This document shows positions 61,849-62,815 of a stretch of 62,815 nt of DNA, one piece after another; within the stretch, counting starts at the first letter, position 1, and every line of letters begins with the position of its first letter. The position numbers were made by a program, and so were the translations under genes. The stretch comes from Cyanobacteria bacterium J06626_4 (GTDB lineage: Bacteria; Cyanobacteriota; Cyanobacteriia; Phormidesmidales; Phormidesmidaceae). Where the stretch lies: positions 1 through 62,815 of the forward strand of contig JBCBJQ010000025.1 in NCBI GenBank assembly GCA_038523235.1, read 5' to 3'. The notes beneath the pieces were generated by a model, which saw nothing but the letters and a program-made list of their open reading frames with translations, ran no database searches and was not told where the DNA came from.

Positions 61849-62814
61849 ACGTCAGTTCGGTTTAAGCAGCGGCTGGCAAAGCCCACTCTAATTGCAGGGT
61901 CGGTTTCTTCGGTTGATGGCAATAAGCAATCAAACCGCAGACCAGATTGACCATGAAGTTGTTGGGGCTGCGATGCCGGGAATGCTCGATTTGCGAAATA
62001 TTCTTCAGCTGGTCAATCACCGTTTCAATGATGGCGCGCTTTCGGGCTAAAAGTTTGTCTGTCAGCCGCATCAGCTTGTTTTTCATATTCCGCTTGGGCT
62101 TAGCAAAAAACTCAATTCCAAAGTCTTGCAATAGTTTTTGCGCCAGCGGCTGGGAAACATATCCCCGGTCCGCAAAGACTTTGCCAAACAGGCCGCTGAG
62201 CAAATCAGGAACGGGGTTGCGGTCATCCGTATTGCCCGGTGTTACGGTCATGTTCAACAACTCCCCAAACTCGTTGACGACCAGATGTACCTTGAAGCCA
62301 TAGAACCAATCAACAGAAGTTTTTCCACGGGCTGCCAGCTCGTCAAATACCTGATGTTGGTTGATGCGCCTATTGTGGCAGACCTTCAGGGCAGTTGCAT
62401 CAATGAAACTGATGCCGCTACAGGTGCCAAAGCAGGGTTTGAGGTAGACACACAAAGGAATCAACGTATCGGGCATCCACTCGACGAAACGCTGGTAAGT
62501 GGGCAGTCCCGGAAACTCGGCTTGCCAGTAGCGACAGACTTGCTTCTGGTAGAAGTGCTTGAAGTTGCGATAGGACTCGCGATGAAAGCTCACCAGAATC
62601 GTCATGATTTCGCTCAGACTCATCGACCGTTGGCGATCGCGTTGCCGCACACCGTAACCGAGCAACGTCTGACGCCATTGCGGTTCAAAGCTGCCACAGA
62701 AATCATCAAGGTGGCAAAACAACTCTTCTAAACTATTCATGGGAGGGGCCTAGCTGAAGATTTCGACTAGTTTCAGCTTACTCAGCCCCTTCATTTCCTA
62801 TCCCGAACTCACGT
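61849..62814 (-). mobile_element. IS982-family insertion sequence
   Basis: Terminal inverted repeats ACGTCAGTTCGG (61849-61860) and CCGAACTCACGT (62803-62814) flank a single transposase gene. Confidence 0.9.
61862..62740 (-). CDS. IS982 family DDE transposase
   Basis: LFC.LDDFC, SFIDAT.LKVCHN.R, GKTSVDWFYGFK.HL, FADRGY, KRAIIETVIDQLKNISQIEHSRHRS. Confidence 0.95.
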   Translation of the reverse strand: MNSLEELFCHLDDFCGSFEPQWRQTLLGYGVRQRDRQRSMSLSEIMTILVSFHRESYRNFKHFYQKQVCRYWQAEFPGLPTYQRFVEWMPDTLIPLCVYLKPCFGTCSGISFIDATALKVCHNRRINQHQVFDELAARGKTSVDWFYGFKVHLVVNEFGELLNMTVTPGNTDDRNPVPDLLSGLFGKVFADRGYVSQPLAQKLLQDFGIEFFAKPKRNMKNKLMRLTDKLLARKRAIIETVIDQLKNISQIEHSRHRSPNNFMVNLVCGLIAYCHQPKKPTLQLEWALPAAA

Positions 62815-62815
62815 T

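Noticed and set aside
62138..62731. 197-aa plus-strand ORF inside the IS
   Set aside because: Antisense shadow of the IS982 transposase with no independent coding signal.
1..62815. CRISPR array, rRNA, prophage, retron or other defence genes
   Set aside because: No regularly spaced repeats, cas, reverse transcriptase, integrase or phage structural genes were recognised. The abundant GCGATCGC is the known HIP1 motif.

Overview
Chromosomal segment of a cyanobacterium. Supporting signs are the very frequent HIP1 octamer GCGATCGC and the genes ndhF1/ndhD, an HLIP, sigF, plmA and a BMC-domain gene. A filamentous Leptolyngbya/Nodosilinea-like strain is plausible but is inference only. Most of the window is housekeeping: SpoIID-type amidase enhancer, SulP transporter, iaaA, ndhF1-ndhD1, Fed2-type ferredoxin/DUF3326 cluster, lipid-A-related GT plus MsbA-like ABC, rodZ, tig-clpP-clpX divergent from asd-dapA-rnj-rne-rnhB, plmA, sigF, ndhD2, grxC, DoxX, an RND efflux pair, tRNA-Gly(CCC), and a complete IS982-family element that runs to the window edge. 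The most interesting non-routine signals are: (1) a small membrane-protein gene followed by a degenerate integron attC-like site, with no integrase in view; (2) a three-gene SBP-vWA lipoprotein / membrane coiled-coil / SBP operon with no ABC permease or ATPase; (3) a structured leader with an intrinsic terminator, built from two HIP1 sites, in front of the SulP gene; (4) an orphan, divergent CcmK-like BMC gene upstream of plmA; (5) a candidate ~210-nt sRNA upstream of the ferredoxin. All calls come from reading the sequence and recognising motifs. No database searches were run.
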